Positions 17,189-26,808 of a stretch of 36,773 bases of DNA are shown here, in pieces. Every line of letters begins with the position of its first letter. Position 1 is the stretch's first letter. The position numbers were made by a program, and so were the translations under genes. Location: contig JAEUQS010000494.1 in assembly GCA_016789625.1 (NCBI GenBank), positions 1 through 36,773 on the forward strand, read 5' to 3'. Below the pieces are notes generated by a model. The model was not told the origin of the DNA and searched no databases. It saw only the letters and a program-made list of their open reading frames with translations. The DNA is from Acidobacteriota bacterium. GTDB lineage: Bacteria; Acidobacteriota; Thermoanaerobaculia; UBA5066.

Positions 17189-18217
17189 ATGCTGATCCGG
17201 ATCGAGCGGAATCTTCGCGAGCTGTCGCTGTGGGCCGTGGGAGACGAGGTGCGCGAAGCCGTCGGCGGGGCGCCGCCGAAGGGCGCCCGAGGTGTGAGGG
17301 TCCATACCGTGAAGGATCCGAGGCTCGTGCTCGACACGGCCGCACTCCTCGCGCTTCCCTCGGTGCGGCGCGACCTCGTGATGCGGCTCCTGGATTTTCC
17401 CGTGCGCGAGACGGAGTTCGACGGCGTGTCGGTGACGTGGCCCAAGCACCGCTTCCCGGGCGTGTGGTCTCCCACGATCGACACGCTGCTCCTCGCCAGG
17501 GCGCTGCGTCCGCTGCTCCGCGCGAGGCCTCCCCGCACGTTCCTCGAGATCGGCTGCGGCAGCGGGTTCCTCTCGAAGTACGTCCTCAGCAAGTGCCGGG
17601 ACGCGGGCTCGCCCGTGGCCGAGGCGCGCCTCATGGACATCAACCCCGACGCGCTCCTCTCGGGCATGGAGGCGCTCGCGCCCGTCCAGGGGGACACGCT
17701 CGTGTCCTATTCCCTGAACCGCGCGGGGCGGCGCATCCCCGAGAGCGGGCCCTACGATCTCGTGGTGTGCAACCCGCCGTACGTGCCGCGCCCGCACGCC
17801 GAGGTGAACAACCCGTTCGAGGGGCTCTTCCTCTACGGCGAGATCGTGCGGATGGCTCCGAGGCTCCTCGCGCACGGCTCGCGCCTCGTTCTCATGCTGT
17901 CTTCCACCTCGGAAGCCGAGGTACGGCCCGCGCTCGCACGCGTCTTCGCGCTGCGCGATCTCGCGAGCCTCGAGGTGCCGCTCAAGATCCCGGTCATCAC
18001 GGCCCGCCTCTCGAAGGAGAGCCGGCGGTGGATGGACTATCTCGAGAAGGGCGGGCGGCTCCTCGAGGACCCCACCGAGAAGAGCGGCTACCGCTGGTGG
18101 CAGCGGCTCACGGTCGTGGAAGCCCGGCTCCCGGCTACCCTCGGCTCGGCGGGAACTGCGCGAGGATCTTCGTCACCGTCTCGTCGAGCTGCCCGGCCCG
18201 TTCGCCTGGCTCGATGA
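17189..18217 (+). CDS. Class I SAM-dependent methyltransferase with an NPPY motif (HemK2/Mtq2-like) and an N-terminal ~95-aa extension.
   Basis: VWSPTIDTLLLARAL, FLEIGCGSGFLS (SAM motif I), DLVVCNPPYVP (motif IV). I prefer the ATG at 17189 over the GTG at 17105, which overlaps the divergent gene. The last ~30 aa (RLPATLGSAGTARGSSSPSRRAARPVRLAR) are low complexity and antisense to the DUF4136 gene, giving an 83-nt convergent overlap. Confidence 0.8.
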   Translation: MLIRIERNLRELSLWAVGDEVREAVGGAPPKGARGVRVHTVKDPRLVLDTAALLALPSVRRDLVMRLLDFPVRETEFDGVSVTWPKHRFPGVWSPTIDTLLLARALRPLLRARPPRTFLEIGCGSGFLSKYVLSKCRDAGSPVAEARLMDINPDALLSGMEALAPVQGDTLVSYSLNRAGRRIPESGPYDLVVCNPPYVPRPHAEVNNPFEGLFLYGEIVRMAPRLLAHGSRLVLMLSSTSEAEVRPALARVFALRDLASLEVPLKIPVITARLSKESRRWMDYLEKGGRLLEDPTEKSGYRWWQRLTVVEARLPATLGSAGTARGSSSPSRRAARPVRLAR

Positions 18218-18686
18218 TCACGCGGCCCCAGCCGCGCCACGCGAGGTCGCGCGTCTCCGTGTCCACGACGTCGATCACGACATTCGCCTCGTTGAGCTTC
18301 GTCACCGTCGTGTAGCCCGAGCGCCACCGGCCGTAGCGCCCGTACGCGTAGCCCCAGTGATCGACCTCGATGCGCTCTTTCGTCGTCACGTGGGCGGCGA
18401 CGCGGAAGTCGGGCTTGCCGCCCAGCTTCTCGACGAAGCCCTTGGCCGTGAGCTCGCGTCTCACGGCGTCCTCGATGCGTTTCATGGTGATGGGGCCGGC
18501 GCTCCGGCCGCGGTCGCGGTCGCGGTCGCGATCCCGGTCCCGCGAGGGGCGCTCCATGATGGAGAACGACTTCATCGCGCGGAAGTTCACGCCGGGGTCG
18601 TAGTCGGCGTCGACGACGATGCCCGAGCATCCGATCGTGCCGGCGAGCGTGGCCAGGAGGAGAAAGGAAAGCGCTCCACGTTTCAT
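18135..18686 (-). CDS. DUF4136-family lipoprotein with an internal (Arg-Asp)n repeat.
   Basis: MKRGALSFLLLATLAGTIGCSG (lipoprotein signal), GGAGG SD upstream, and a C-terminus ...ETVTKILAQFPPSRG typical of DUF4136. Contains SRDRDRDRDRDRGRS. Confidence 0.8.
   Translation of the reverse strand: MKRGALSFLLLATLAGTIGCSGIVVDADYDPGVNFRAMKSFSIMERPSRDRDRDRDRDRGRSAGPITMKRIEDAVRRELTAKGFVEKLGGKPDFRVAAHVTTKERIEVDHWGYAYGRYGRWRSGYTTVTKLNEANVVIDVVDTETRDLAWRGWGRVIIEPGERAGQLDETVTKILAQFPPSRG
18505..18546 (-). repeat. Imperfect hexanucleotide array (CGGTCG-like x ~6), coding (Arg-Asp)n.
   Basis: CGGCCG CGGTCG CGGTCG CGGTCG CGATCC CGGTCC, read directly. Encodes SRDRDRDRDRDRGRS in the DUF4136 lipoprotein. Confidence 0.85.
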
Positions 18687-18841
18687 CGGAGACCTCCAGA
18701 GGGAAGGACGCGCGGCCCGGGCGGGGAGGTTACCCGCCGCCTGCGCGCCGCTGCGGCAGAATGCCTGCGTCTTCGAACGGCCGTTTCTCCGCCGGGGATC
18801 GCGGGATCGAGAGACCCCGGGGAACGAATGCAGAGGTGCCC

Positions 18842-21037
18842 ATGTCCGACTTGACGGTCCAGAGTCTGGCCGATCTCCTGCTGCGCCTTCCCGACGAGCC
18901 GCTCGGGGCGGGCGCCGTGCCGAGCGCCCCGTTCGAGGCCGCGCTCGAGAAGACCGCGGTGCTCCTGGAACGCTCTCCGGGGCTCACGCTCACGGCCTCG
19001 CCTTCGATCTCGATATCGGTTTTCAATGCGCCGGAGGACCGCGACCCCGACGGCCTCGTCGAGAGCGCCGAAGGCAGGGCCACGCTCCGCTACGCGCTGA
19101 CCGGGCGCCTGCGCGGCCGCTCGGGGAAGTCCCTCGCGAGCGCCGGTTTCGCGCTTTCGGGCGAAGGTGTCGTGCGGCTCCTCCACGACGTCTCGCACGA
19201 CGGAAAGGAGCGCCTCAGGGCGGCCGTGGCGAAGGACCTCGCGAAGGGGCCGCGCCTCGCGCTGCTGCCGGGCCACGTGACGTCCCTCGCTCCCGGCGAG
19301 CGCGTCGCGCTCGTTTCCGACGGCGCGCTCCAGGCCGAGGTCACGCTCTCCTGGGCGAGCCTCCTCGCGACGGAGCTGCCCGCGCTCGCGGCCTCTTTCG
19401 GCGTCCTCGGTCCGCTCCTGGTCAAGGTCGAGGCCGGCGCGAAGCTCAGGGCACGCGTGAGGGCTCAGGAGGCTCTCCTCGTGGCGTTCGCGGGCCGGGA
19501 GGACGGCGAGGCCGGCGTCAGGGCGACGGTGCGGCTGACCGAACGGCGGGACGCGAAGACCGACGCCGGCGTCGAGGTGCAGATCGATCCCGACGCCGAG
19601 GACCTGAAGGCGCTGGCGAGCCTCGTGGGCGAGGCCTTCCTGGGGCGGCCCCTCGCGCTCGCGCGGGAGGTGCTCGACCGGGCCCGCGGCCGGAGCCTCG
19701 ACGACGAAACCCGCGAGGTGCTCGCGGACCTCCTGGCCCGGCTCGGCGGAGACGACGTCCTCGAAGGGCTCGCCGCGCTCGACGGCAAGCTCGAGGAGCT
19801 GCGGAAGGGTCTCTCGGCCGCCGTGGAGAAGGCCGCGAAGGCGCGCATCGGCCTCGCGTTCGCCTGGGAGCTGCGGCGCCTCCGCGAGACGGACGTGGTG
19901 CTCGAGGCGACGCTCTCGGACGAGGAGCTGGGCCGCTTCCACGGGGACCTCGTGCGCGGAAAGCTGGACGGCCTGCTCCGGGCGGCGCTCGCGGAAGGGA
20001 TCCCGGGCCCCCGCGTCACCCGGTGGCTGTCGACGAAGGCCGATACGACCGATACGAAGAGGGCGGTCTCGCTGAGCCTCGCTCCCTGGTTCGTGGCGCT
20101 CGGGACCGACACCGAGCGCGTGAGGTCCGTCGATCGGGCGGATCTCGCCGGGCGGAGGCGGGTCGCGTTCGAGGCCAGCCGGCGCTACGACGGGACTTTC
20201 GGCGGGGACCGCGCGAGCTGGGCCGTGCATCTCGCCGGCAGCTCCCGGAGCTTCCAGACGGACCCGCGTCTCGTGGACGCCGCGCTCTCTCTCTCGCTCG
20301 TGTGGGTCGCCGTCAGGGACAGCCCCTCGGGCGAGGAGACCCGGCTCGACCTCGACACCGCCATCCTCTGGGGCGCGCTGACGCCACAGAGCGCCGAGGA
20401 GCGCTCCCGGGCCGAGGACCGGACGGCTCCCGACCACAGAACGCTGCGGGTGGAGGTGCGCTTCGACGACCGCGCTCTCCGGGCCACGCTCCGAGGCCTG
20501 CGGGAGGAGCCCTCGGAGGAAGACGCCGGTGCTCTCGCCGCCGCGATGCCGTGGCTGGCCGCGAGCCCCTTCCGCCGGCACGTGGCGCTCCGGCGCACGG
20601 CCTACGCGCCGCTCTGGGGCTACCTGCTCAAGCATCCCCGCACCAGGCCGCAGGACCTGGCCCGCCTGGCGGCGTCCTACTTCCGCGAGAAGACCGACGC
20701 GCCCGAGCTGGCCCACGTGGAAGCGCTGTGGAAGGCCTCCCGGCCCTTCACGTTCGCCGGGCTCGCCGAGCTGAACGCAGACACGGCCGCCGCGCTCGCC
20801 TCGGCGCGCCGGGGGCTCGCGCGACTGGCTTTGGCCTGCGAGTCGAACGAGTCCTGGGACGGCGTGCTGCCCGAGGTGTGGGAGCTCCTCGAGAGGTTCT
20901 GCCGCCAGTCGCACCACGTGCGGGCCCTCGGCGCGCTCCTCCTCTCCCGCGCGCAGACGGCCGCGGTGAGGAAGGGCATCCTGCGCACCGCGACGTTCGA
21001 GCCGGGGGAGGGCGCGGCCCTCGTGGCGACGCGGTAG
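18842..21037 (+). CDS. Hypothetical cytoplasmic protein, 731 aa, no recognisable family.
   Basis: ATG at 18842 with an AGAGG SD ~8 nt upstream. The track start at 18761 adds an Arg/Gly-rich leader. Composition is protein-like. The N-terminal third has alternating beta-strand patterns (ISISVFN, ATLRYALTGRLRG, ALQAEVTLSWASLL, LLVKVEAGAKLRARVRAQEALLVAFAG, VRATVRLTERRD). The middle is helical. I saw no signal peptide, TM segment, P-loop or catalytic motif. Confidence 0.75.
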   Translation: MSDLTVQSLADLLLRLPDEPLGAGAVPSAPFEAALEKTAVLLERSPGLTLTASPSISISVFNAPEDRDPDGLVESAEGRATLRYALTGRLRGRSGKSLASAGFALSGEGVVRLLHDVSHDGKERLRAAVAKDLAKGPRLALLPGHVTSLAPGERVALVSDGALQAEVTLSWASLLATELPALAASFGVLGPLLVKVEAGAKLRARVRAQEALLVAFAGREDGEAGVRATVRLTERRDAKTDAGVEVQIDPDAEDLKALASLVGEAFLGRPLALAREVLDRARGRSLDDETREVLADLLARLGGDDVLEGLAALDGKLEELRKGLSAAVEKAAKARIGLAFAWELRRLRETDVVLEATLSDEELGRFHGDLVRGKLDGLLRAALAEGIPGPRVTRWLSTKADTTDTKRAVSLSLAPWFVALGTDTERVRSVDRADLAGRRRVAFEASRRYDGTFGGDRASWAVHLAGSSRSFQTDPRLVDAALSLSLVWVAVRDSPSGEETRLDLDTAILWGALTPQSAEERSRAEDRTAPDHRTLRVEVRFDDRALRATLRGLREEPSEEDAGALAAAMPWLAASPFRRHVALRRTAYAPLWGYLLKHPRTRPQDLARLAASYFREKTDAPELAHVEALWKASRPFTFAGLAELNADTAAALASARRGLARLALACESNESWDGVLPEVWELLERFCRQSHHVRALGALLLSRAQTAAVRKGILRTATFEPGEGAALVATR

Positions 21038-21045
21038 TCTCCCTC

Positions 21046-23661
21046 ATGCCGTTCACCTTCAACGGATTCGGAAGCCGGTACGCCGGCAGGAAGAACGTCA
21101 CGGCGCGGGCGGGCGTCTGTCCACAGTGCGGCCGCAAGACGACGCTTCAGTCCTACGACACGCGCGAGTTCGTCTGTGTCCTCTTCGTGCCCCTCGTCCC
21201 GCTGACGCGGTACCGCATTCTCGACGACTGTACCTCCTGCCGGCGCCATCACCGCGTGAAGCTCGCGGTCTTCGAGGAGCGGCTGAGCCGCGAGGCCGGG
21301 CCGCTGCGGGCCCGCGCGCGTGCCCGATCCACCGATCCGGCGGCCCACGCGGCGCTCGCCGCGAAGCTTCTCGAGCTGAGCCTCGCGGCCGAGGCGGAAG
21401 CGGCGGTCCACGAGGGGCTCCGGAGCGTTCCGGGAGACGGCCTCCTGAGCCGCTGGGCGGGCGAGCTCGCCATGGAGCGCGGGGACTTCGCCGGGGCGGT
21501 TCCCCACCTGCGGGTCGCCGCGGGCTCTCTGAAGGGCGACGCGCGCGCGCACCGGGCGCTCGGGCACGCTCTGCTCGTCTCGAAGCAGCCCTCCGAGGCG
21601 ACCGCGGCGCTGGAGGCGGCCCTCAGGATCGATCCCAACGATGTCGCCGCGCTGGACCTCGTCGCGGACGCGCATCGGGATTCCGGCAATCACTCGGCCG
21701 CTCTGTACGCCCTCGACGCGCTCACCGCCATCGCGCCGGCCCTCGCGACCGATCCCGGGATCCTGCGCCGCAAGAAGGCCTGCAAGGAGCATCTCGGGTT
21801 TCCGGTCACCGAGGACGAGCGCAAGGCCACGAGCCTCGCGGGGGGCGCGCGAGCGTGGCTCGCGAGGGAGACCGGCGGTTTCGGCCTCCGGCCCGTGCTC
21901 GTGGTCCTCGGCGTGGTCGCGGCCGGCGCGGTCGCGTTCCTGGGCGTCGCGGCCTGGAACCGCAGTCACATCACCGTGTACTTCGACAACGCGCTTGCGA
22001 AGGAAGTGACCGTGACCGCGGGCTCTCACAAGGTGGTCCTGCCTCCGGGCGAGAGGCGGATGAAGGAGCTGTCGCCCGGAACGTACACGTTCGTGGCGCG
22101 GGCCAACGGAAAGGAGCTCGAGCGGTTCGAAGGGGTCCTCGTGGCTCCGCCGCTCTCCCAGGCTTTCGACAAGCCTCCGTTCTACGTCTACGACGTGATG
22201 GAGGCCCGCATCTACGACCGCTACGCCGTGGTCTACCAGGCCAAGGACGCGCCGCCCCGGGACCCACCCAAGGCCGAGACCATCGCGTTTCGTCGCTTCT
22301 TCTCGCAGGCGGGCGTGGATTACGCGTTTCGGGAGGCTCCCGACGAGCTGAACATCGGCAAGGCCCGCGAGGCCACGCGGATCGTCTTCGACGCCAGCGA
22401 GAAGACCTTCAACACGGTGGCCGCGCGGCTCTGGGACGAGGGCAAGCCGAAGGAGTCGGAGAAGGCGGTCCACAAGGCCCTCGAGCTGGATCGCTGTGAC
22501 GCGCAGGCCTGGCGAAACCTCCTGCAGATCCTGGAGCTCGGCGAGCGCGAGGGCGAGGCGCCCGCCGTCGCGAAACGCTGGATCGAGACCTGCCCGAAGA
22601 GCGCGCTCGAGGCCCACTCGGCCTACCAGGACGCCCGGGTCTCGAACGACGAGGGGGCCCAGGTCGTGGCCGAGTACGCCGAGCTCGCCCGGAAAGAGCC
22701 CGGCAGCGCGCGGAATCACTATCTCTACGCCCGGGTGCTCCAGGATGCCGAGGCCGCGCTCCTCGAAGACCTCGAGGCGCTGCGGCTGGACCCCGGTTTT
22801 CTGCTGGCGCACGTCGCGGCGGGGAACGAGCTCTTGCGGATGGCGCGGCCGGCAGAGGCCTACGAGCACCTCAAGGCCGGCATCCCGGCCGACTGGTCTC
22901 AGGTTTGGGCGCTCACGCGGGGCGCCATCGCGGCCGGCAAGGCCGCCGAGGCTCTCACCGTCCTCGAGCCTGCCGCAAAACGCGAGGACGCCTCGATCGA
23001 TCGGGCGCGTTTCGATCTGAGCCTCGTGGCCGGGGATTTCCAGACGGCGCGGATGCTCCTCGGAAAGCTGGAAAAGTCCGTCAAGGAGGAGACCGCGGAG
23101 CTCCGCTCCCGGCGGATCGATCTCTTCCTCGCGGAGGGGAAGGCGGCGGAAGCCGACGCGCTTCTCGAGGCCACGCCCGCGCTGCCGAGGTTCGGGTTCT
23201 TCGTGCGGAGCACCCGGTTCCAGCGGCATCTCGAGGAGGGCCGCTTCGCCGAGGCGGCCGATTCGCTGACGCCCAAGGAGGGAGAGGCCCCGCTCCACAC
23301 GACGTACCGGATGCACGCCGCGGCCGCGCGCCTCGTGGCCGGACAAAAAACCCAGGCCGCGGCGGAGCTGTCGAAGCTCCTCCTCGCCTCCGAGGAGGAC
23401 GACGAGGAGGCGTATCTCTCGGAGGGTGATCGCGCGCTCGTCGAAGCGCTGCTCGGAAGGAAGAGTCCGGAGGCCGCCCTCCTCGTCTCCAAGGCCGAGG
23501 ACCCGGGGTTCCTGCCGCACGCGCACTGTCTTCTCGGGATGCGCGCTCTGGCCTCGGGCGATCGCGCGGCGGCCCGGACGAGCTTCGCGGAGGCCGTGCG
23601 GCTCAGCGGAGGCATCGGCTTCCCCGGAGGCTTCGCGCGCCGGAGGGTCGAGAGCCTCTGA
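21046..23661 (+). CDS. Zinc-ribbon + TPR + single-TM + periplasmic beta/TPR-like protein (871 aa).
   Basis: The ATG at 21046 is 8 nt after the upstream TAG. The N-terminus has a 4-Cys zinc ribbon: [10 protein letters not shown]...CPQCGRKTT...[25 protein letters not shown]-like helices include [25 protein letters not shown] helix: [24 protein letters not shown]. After the TM come a beta-rich segment and long TPR-like helical repeats. In the track it is embedded in the 1680-aa ORF 18619-23661, whose first ~800 aa are shadow. Confidence 0.8.
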   Translation: MPFTFNGFGSRYAGRKNVTARAGVCPQCGRKTTLQSYDTREFVCVLFVPLVPLTRYRILDDCTSCRRHHRVKLAVFEERLSREAGPLRARARARSTDPAAHAALAAKLLELSLAAEAEAAVHEGLRSVPGDGLLSRWAGELAMERGDFAGAVPHLRVAAGSLKGDARAHRALGHALLVSKQPSEATAALEAALRIDPNDVAALDLVADAHRDSGNHSAALYALDALTAIAPALATDPGILRRKKACKEHLGFPVTEDERKATSLAGGARAWLARETGGFGLRPVLVVLGVVAAGAVAFLGVAAWNRSHITVYFDNALAKEVTVTAGSHKVVLPPGERRMKELSPGTYTFVARANGKELERFEGVLVAPPLSQAFDKPPFYVYDVMEARIYDRYAVVYQAKDAPPRDPPKAETIAFRRFFSQAGVDYAFREAPDELNIGKAREATRIVFDASEKTFNTVAARLWDEGKPKESEKAVHKALELDRCDAQAWRNLLQILELGEREGEAPAVAKRWIETCPKSALEAHSAYQDARVSNDEGAQVVAEYAELARKEPGSARNHYLYARVLQDAEAALLEDLEALRLDPGFLLAHVAAGNELLRMARPAEAYEHLKAGIPADWSQVWALTRGAIAAGKAAEALTVLEPAAKREDASIDRARFDLSLVAGDFQTARMLLGKLEKSVKEETAELRSRRIDLFLAEGKAAEADALLEATPALPRFGFFVRSTRFQRHLEEGRFAEAADSLTPKEGEAPLHTTYRMHAAAARLVAGQKTQAAAELSKLLLASEEDDEEAYLSEGDRALVEALLGRKSPEAALLVSKAEDPGFLPHAHCLLGMRALASGDRAAARTSFAEAVRLSGGIGFPGGFARRRVESL

Positions 23662-24764
23662 TGGAAGAGGTCGACGCCGTCGTCATCGGCGCGGGGGTGG
23701 TGGGCCTTGCGGTCGCCCGGGCCCTCGCGCTGGCCGGGCGGGAGGTGGTCGTCCTCGAGAGCGAGAGCGTGCCCGGCATGGGCTCGAGCTCCCGGAACAG
23801 CGAGGTCATCCACGCCGGCATCTACTACGCGCCCGGCTCGCTGAAGGCGCGACTGTGCGTGGCTGGCCGGCAGGCTCTCTACCCCTACCTCGAGGAGCGC
23901 GGCATTCCGTACCGGCGCTCGGGCAAGCTCATCGTGGCGACGGACGCGGGACAGATCCCCGCCCTCGAGCGGCTGAGGGCGCAGGCCGTGGCGAACGGGG
24001 TGACCGACCTCCGGCTCCTTTCGGGGAGCGAGGCCCGGACGCTCGAGCCCCAGCTCGTCTGTGAAGCCGCGCTTGAGTCACCGTCGACGGGCATCCTCGA
24101 CAGTCACGCGTTCCTGCAGTCCCTCAGGCACGAAGCCGAGGCGCATGGCGCCGTCGTGGTTCTCGAGAGCCCCGTCGTGGGGGGAAGCGCCGGGGAGGAC
24201 GGCCTCGAGGTCGCGATCGGCGGCCGCGAGCCGGCCCGCTTCAAGGCCCGGTGCGTCGTGAACAGTGCCGGGCTCTTCGCGCGCGAGGTCGCGAGCCGGC
24301 TCGAGGGTTTTCCGCTCGAGCTCCTGCCGCCCTCCCGCTACTGTAAGGGCAGCTATTTCAGCCTGTCGGGCCCTTCGCCGTTCCAGCGCCTCGTCTACCC
24401 GGCGCCCGAAGCGGCGGGACTGGGCGTCCACCTGACGCTGGATCTGGCGGGCCAGGCGCGATTCGGTCCCGACGTCGAGTGGGTCGAGGCGCTCGACTAC
24501 GACGTCGACCCGCGGCGGGCCGGCGCGTTCTACGCCGCGGTGCGGCGCTACTGGCCGGGCCTTCCCGACGGCGCGCTGCAGCCGGCCTACTCCGGCATCC
24601 GGCCGAAGATCCAGGGCCCCGGGGAGCCGGCCCGGGACTTCCTGATCCAGGGTCCGGCGGATCATGGCGTGCCCGGGCTCGTCCACCTCTTCGGTATCGA
24701 GTCTCCGGGGCTCACGGCCTCCCTCGCGATCGGCGACGCCGTTCGGGATCTCCTGCGATCATGA
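23661..24764 (+). CDS. FAD-dependent oxidoreductase, COG0579 / L-2-hydroxyglutarate oxidase (LhgO)-like.
   Basis: [19 protein letters not shown] (dinucleotide-binding GxGxxG), [14 protein letters not shown], and a C-terminal [16 protein letters not shown]. The start ATG overlaps the upstream TGA (TGATG). Confidence 0.85.
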   Translation: MEEVDAVVIGAGVVGLAVARALALAGREVVVLESESVPGMGSSSRNSEVIHAGIYYAPGSLKARLCVAGRQALYPYLEERGIPYRRSGKLIVATDAGQIPALERLRAQAVANGVTDLRLLSGSEARTLEPQLVCEAALESPSTGILDSHAFLQSLRHEAEAHGAVVVLESPVVGGSAGEDGLEVAIGGREPARFKARCVVNSAGLFAREVASRLEGFPLELLPPSRYCKGSYFSLSGPSPFQRLVYPAPEAAGLGVHLTLDLAGQARFGPDVEWVEALDYDVDPRRAGAFYAAVRRYWPGLPDGALQPAYSGIRPKIQGPGEPARDFLIQGPADHGVPGLVHLFGIESPGLTASLAIGDAVRDLLRS

Positions 24765-24790
24765 GCATCGAGCGGGAGCGGAGCAACGAG

Positions 24791-25867
24791 ATGATCCGGC
24801 GATACGCGGGCCCGAAGGCCACACTCCTGAGCGTTCTTCTCGCGTCGGGGCTGCCCGCGCTTTCCCAGGCGGTGCCCGCCGGCAACGTCTTCAACCCCAA
24901 CATCTCGGTCGTCGGGAACGGGCTGGCCGTGATGGGGCGCAACGACGTCGACGCGGAGCCCAGCATCCAGCTCCGCGAGGTGGAGCTCGGGCTGCAGGCG
25001 ACGGTGGATCCCTATGCCAAGGCCGAGTTCTACCTCTCGTACGGCAGCGCGGAGAATCAGGTCGCGGTGGAGGAAGGCTTCATCACGTTCCTCTCTCTGC
25101 CGCTCGACCTCGTGGTGAAGGCGGGCAAGCTCAAGGGCGCGTTCGGAAAGCTGAACACCGAGCACCTCCACACCCGCCTGTTCGCCGACGTGCCGCTCCC
25201 GATGACGAACCTCCTCGGCAGCGACGACGGCATCGAGGACGCCGGCATCTCGGTCTCGCGCATCCTGCCCGCGCCCGCGGGCGTGTTCCTGGAAGGCACG
25301 GCACAGCTCTTCCGCGGCACGACGGAGAACCTCTTCGAGGCGCACTCGCGGAGCGACGTGCAGCCTCTCTTCCATCTCAAGGGCTACGGGGATCTCTCCG
25401 AGTCCGCCAACCTCGAGGTGGGAGGGTCGTTCACGCGGGCGAACAACCTGGAGGGGCCCGGCTACCGCACGAGCCTCACCGGCGTCGACGCGACGTTTCG
25501 CTGGAAGCCGCTCCGGCAGAGCCGCTACCGGTCTCTGCTCGTGAGGGCCGAGTGGTTTCTCTCCGAGCGCGAGACTCCGGCCGGAACCGTGCGGGCCGAC
25601 GGCTACTACGCGTTCGCGGAGGTCCAGGTCGCGCGCCGCTGGTTCGCCGGCTTCCGCCACGACGAGTCGGACCACGCGGACCAGGCCTCCCTCAGAGATC
25701 GCGGCAGCTCTCTCCTCCTGACGTTCCGGCCGTCCGAGTTCTCCCAGCTCCGCGCGCAGGCCCGGAGCATCCGCTACGAACGCGAAGGCCTCGGGAAATC
25801 CACCGCGAACGAGGTTCTCCTGCAGCTCCAGTTCTCGATCGGCGCCCACGGCTCGCACGCCTTCTGA
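24791..25867 (+). CDS. Putative outer-membrane beta-barrel protein (porin-like), associated with the metal-uptake genes.
   Basis: Signal peptide MIRRYAGPKATLLSVLLASGLPALSQA. Alternating amphipathic strands throughout. The C-terminal residue is Phe (...GAHGSHAF), typical of OMPs. An alternative in-frame ATG at 24761 (ATGA overlap with the upstream stop) would add a charged [10 protein letters not shown] leader. GGAGCGGAG lies upstream of 24791. Confidence 0.7.
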   Translation: MIRRYAGPKATLLSVLLASGLPALSQAVPAGNVFNPNISVVGNGLAVMGRNDVDAEPSIQLREVELGLQATVDPYAKAEFYLSYGSAENQVAVEEGFITFLSLPLDLVVKAGKLKGAFGKLNTEHLHTRLFADVPLPMTNLLGSDDGIEDAGISVSRILPAPAGVFLEGTAQLFRGTTENLFEAHSRSDVQPLFHLKGYGDLSESANLEVGGSFTRANNLEGPGYRTSLTGVDATFRWKPLRQSRYRSLLVRAEWFLSERETPAGTVRADGYYAFAEVQVARRWFAGFRHDESDHADQASLRDRGSSLLLTFRPSEFSQLRAQARSIRYEREGLGKSTANEVLLQLQFSIGAHGSHAF

Positions 25868-25883
25868 CCCCGCAGAAAGACAC

Positions 25884-26807
25884 ATGAGAAACGCTCTCCG
25901 GCTCGTCCTCCCGCTCCTTCTGCCCCTTCTCCTCTCGCAGCCCGCACACGCCGCACGAAAGCTGAAGGTCGTGACCTCCCTGGCCGATCTCGCGTCCCTC
26001 GCCGAGAGCGTCGGCGGGGATCGCGTGGAGGCCACGTCGCTCGCGAAGGGCTACCAGGATCCGCACTTCGTGGAGCCGAAGCCCTCGTTCATCCTGAAGC
26101 TCCACGAGGCGGACCTTCTCGTGGTGGCGGGCCTGGAGCTCGAGATCGGCTATCTCCCGCCGCTCCTCGACCAGGCGCGCAACGAGGCCATCAGGCCGAA
26201 CGGCCGGGGCTATCTGGACGCGTCCGTGGGCTGTGACGTCCTCGACAAGCCCGCGGTGCAGGTGACCCGGGCCATGGGCGACGTGCACCCCTACGGCAAC
26301 CCGCACTACTGGCTCGATCCCGGAAACGGCCGGGTCATCGCGCGCGCTCTGGCCGCGCGGCTCTCTCTGCTGGACCCGGAGGGCAAGGCCACCTACGACA
26401 AGAACCTCGCGGCGTTCGAGGCCCGGCTCACCGAGGCCGAGGCCCGCTGGGCGAAGGCGATCGCGGCCTGGGCGGGGACGAAGATCGTCACCTACCACAG
26501 CTCGTGGCCCAACTTCGCCAAGTACTTCAAGCTGGACGTCGTGGGCTTTCTCGAGCCGAAGCCCGGCATCCCGCCCTCCCCCCAGCACAAGCTCGAGCTC
26601 ATCAACCTCATGCTCGGGAAGAAGGTGCCGGTCATCGTCATGGAGGTCTACTTCGACCGCAAGGATCCCGATTTCATCGCCGCGAAGACCGGCGCGAAGG
26701 TCGTGGTGCTGAGCCCCTCGGTGGGCGGGGATCCCGCCGCGAAGGACTACGTCGCGCTGTTCGACCTCGCGGTCGCCACGCTCTCCAAGGCGCTCCCGGG
26801 CCGCTAG
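25884..26807 (+). CDS. znuA: Metal (Zn/Mn-type, cluster A-I) ABC transporter substrate-binding protein, ZnuA/TroA-like.
   Basis: Signal peptide MRNALRLVLPLLLPLLLSQPAHA. Metal-ligand motifs: YQDPHFVEPKPS, HPYGNPHYWLDP, VTYHSSWPNF. No His-rich loop. The symbol is tentative. Confidence 0.85.
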   Translation: MRNALRLVLPLLLPLLLSQPAHAARKLKVVTSLADLASLAESVGGDRVEATSLAKGYQDPHFVEPKPSFILKLHEADLLVVAGLELEIGYLPPLLDQARNEAIRPNGRGYLDASVGCDVLDKPAVQVTRAMGDVHPYGNPHYWLDPGNGRVIARALAARLSLLDPEGKATYDKNLAAFEARLTEAEARWAKAIAAWAGTKIVTYHSSWPNFAKYFKLDVVGFLEPKPGIPPSPQHKLELINLMLGKKVPVIVMEVYFDRKDPDFIAAKTGAKVVVLSPSVGGDPAAKDYVALFDLAVATLSKALPGR

Positions 26808-26808
26808 C

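Noticed and set aside
5546-17195. Other long ORFs opposite or out of frame to called genes: 5546-7282 (-), 7300-8253 (-), 7355-8488 (-), 9127-11028 (-), 9150-11708 (+), 11769-13343 (+), 13340-15016 (+), 14958-17195 (+).
   Set aside because: Low-complexity R/A/G/P/E composition, no motifs, and each fully overlaps a gene with strong family signatures.
18687-18841. A Zur/Fur-type metal-regulator box or riboswitch upstream of the long plus-strand gene string (also looked upstream of 24791 and 25884).
   Set aside because: I saw only GC-rich short hairpins (GGCGGG-N7-CCCGCC; CCGGGG-N17-CCCCGG). There is no AT-rich palindrome resembling known Zur/Fur boxes. The spacers before the OMP and znuA-like genes are too short.
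18619-23661. A single 1680-aa ORF spanning two genes.
   Set aside because: Its first ~800 aa are Arg/Gly/Pro-rich nonsense that overlaps, out of frame, the well-formed 731-aa gene (18842-21037). Protein-like sequence begins at [10 protein letters not shown] (21046), 8 nt after that gene's stop.
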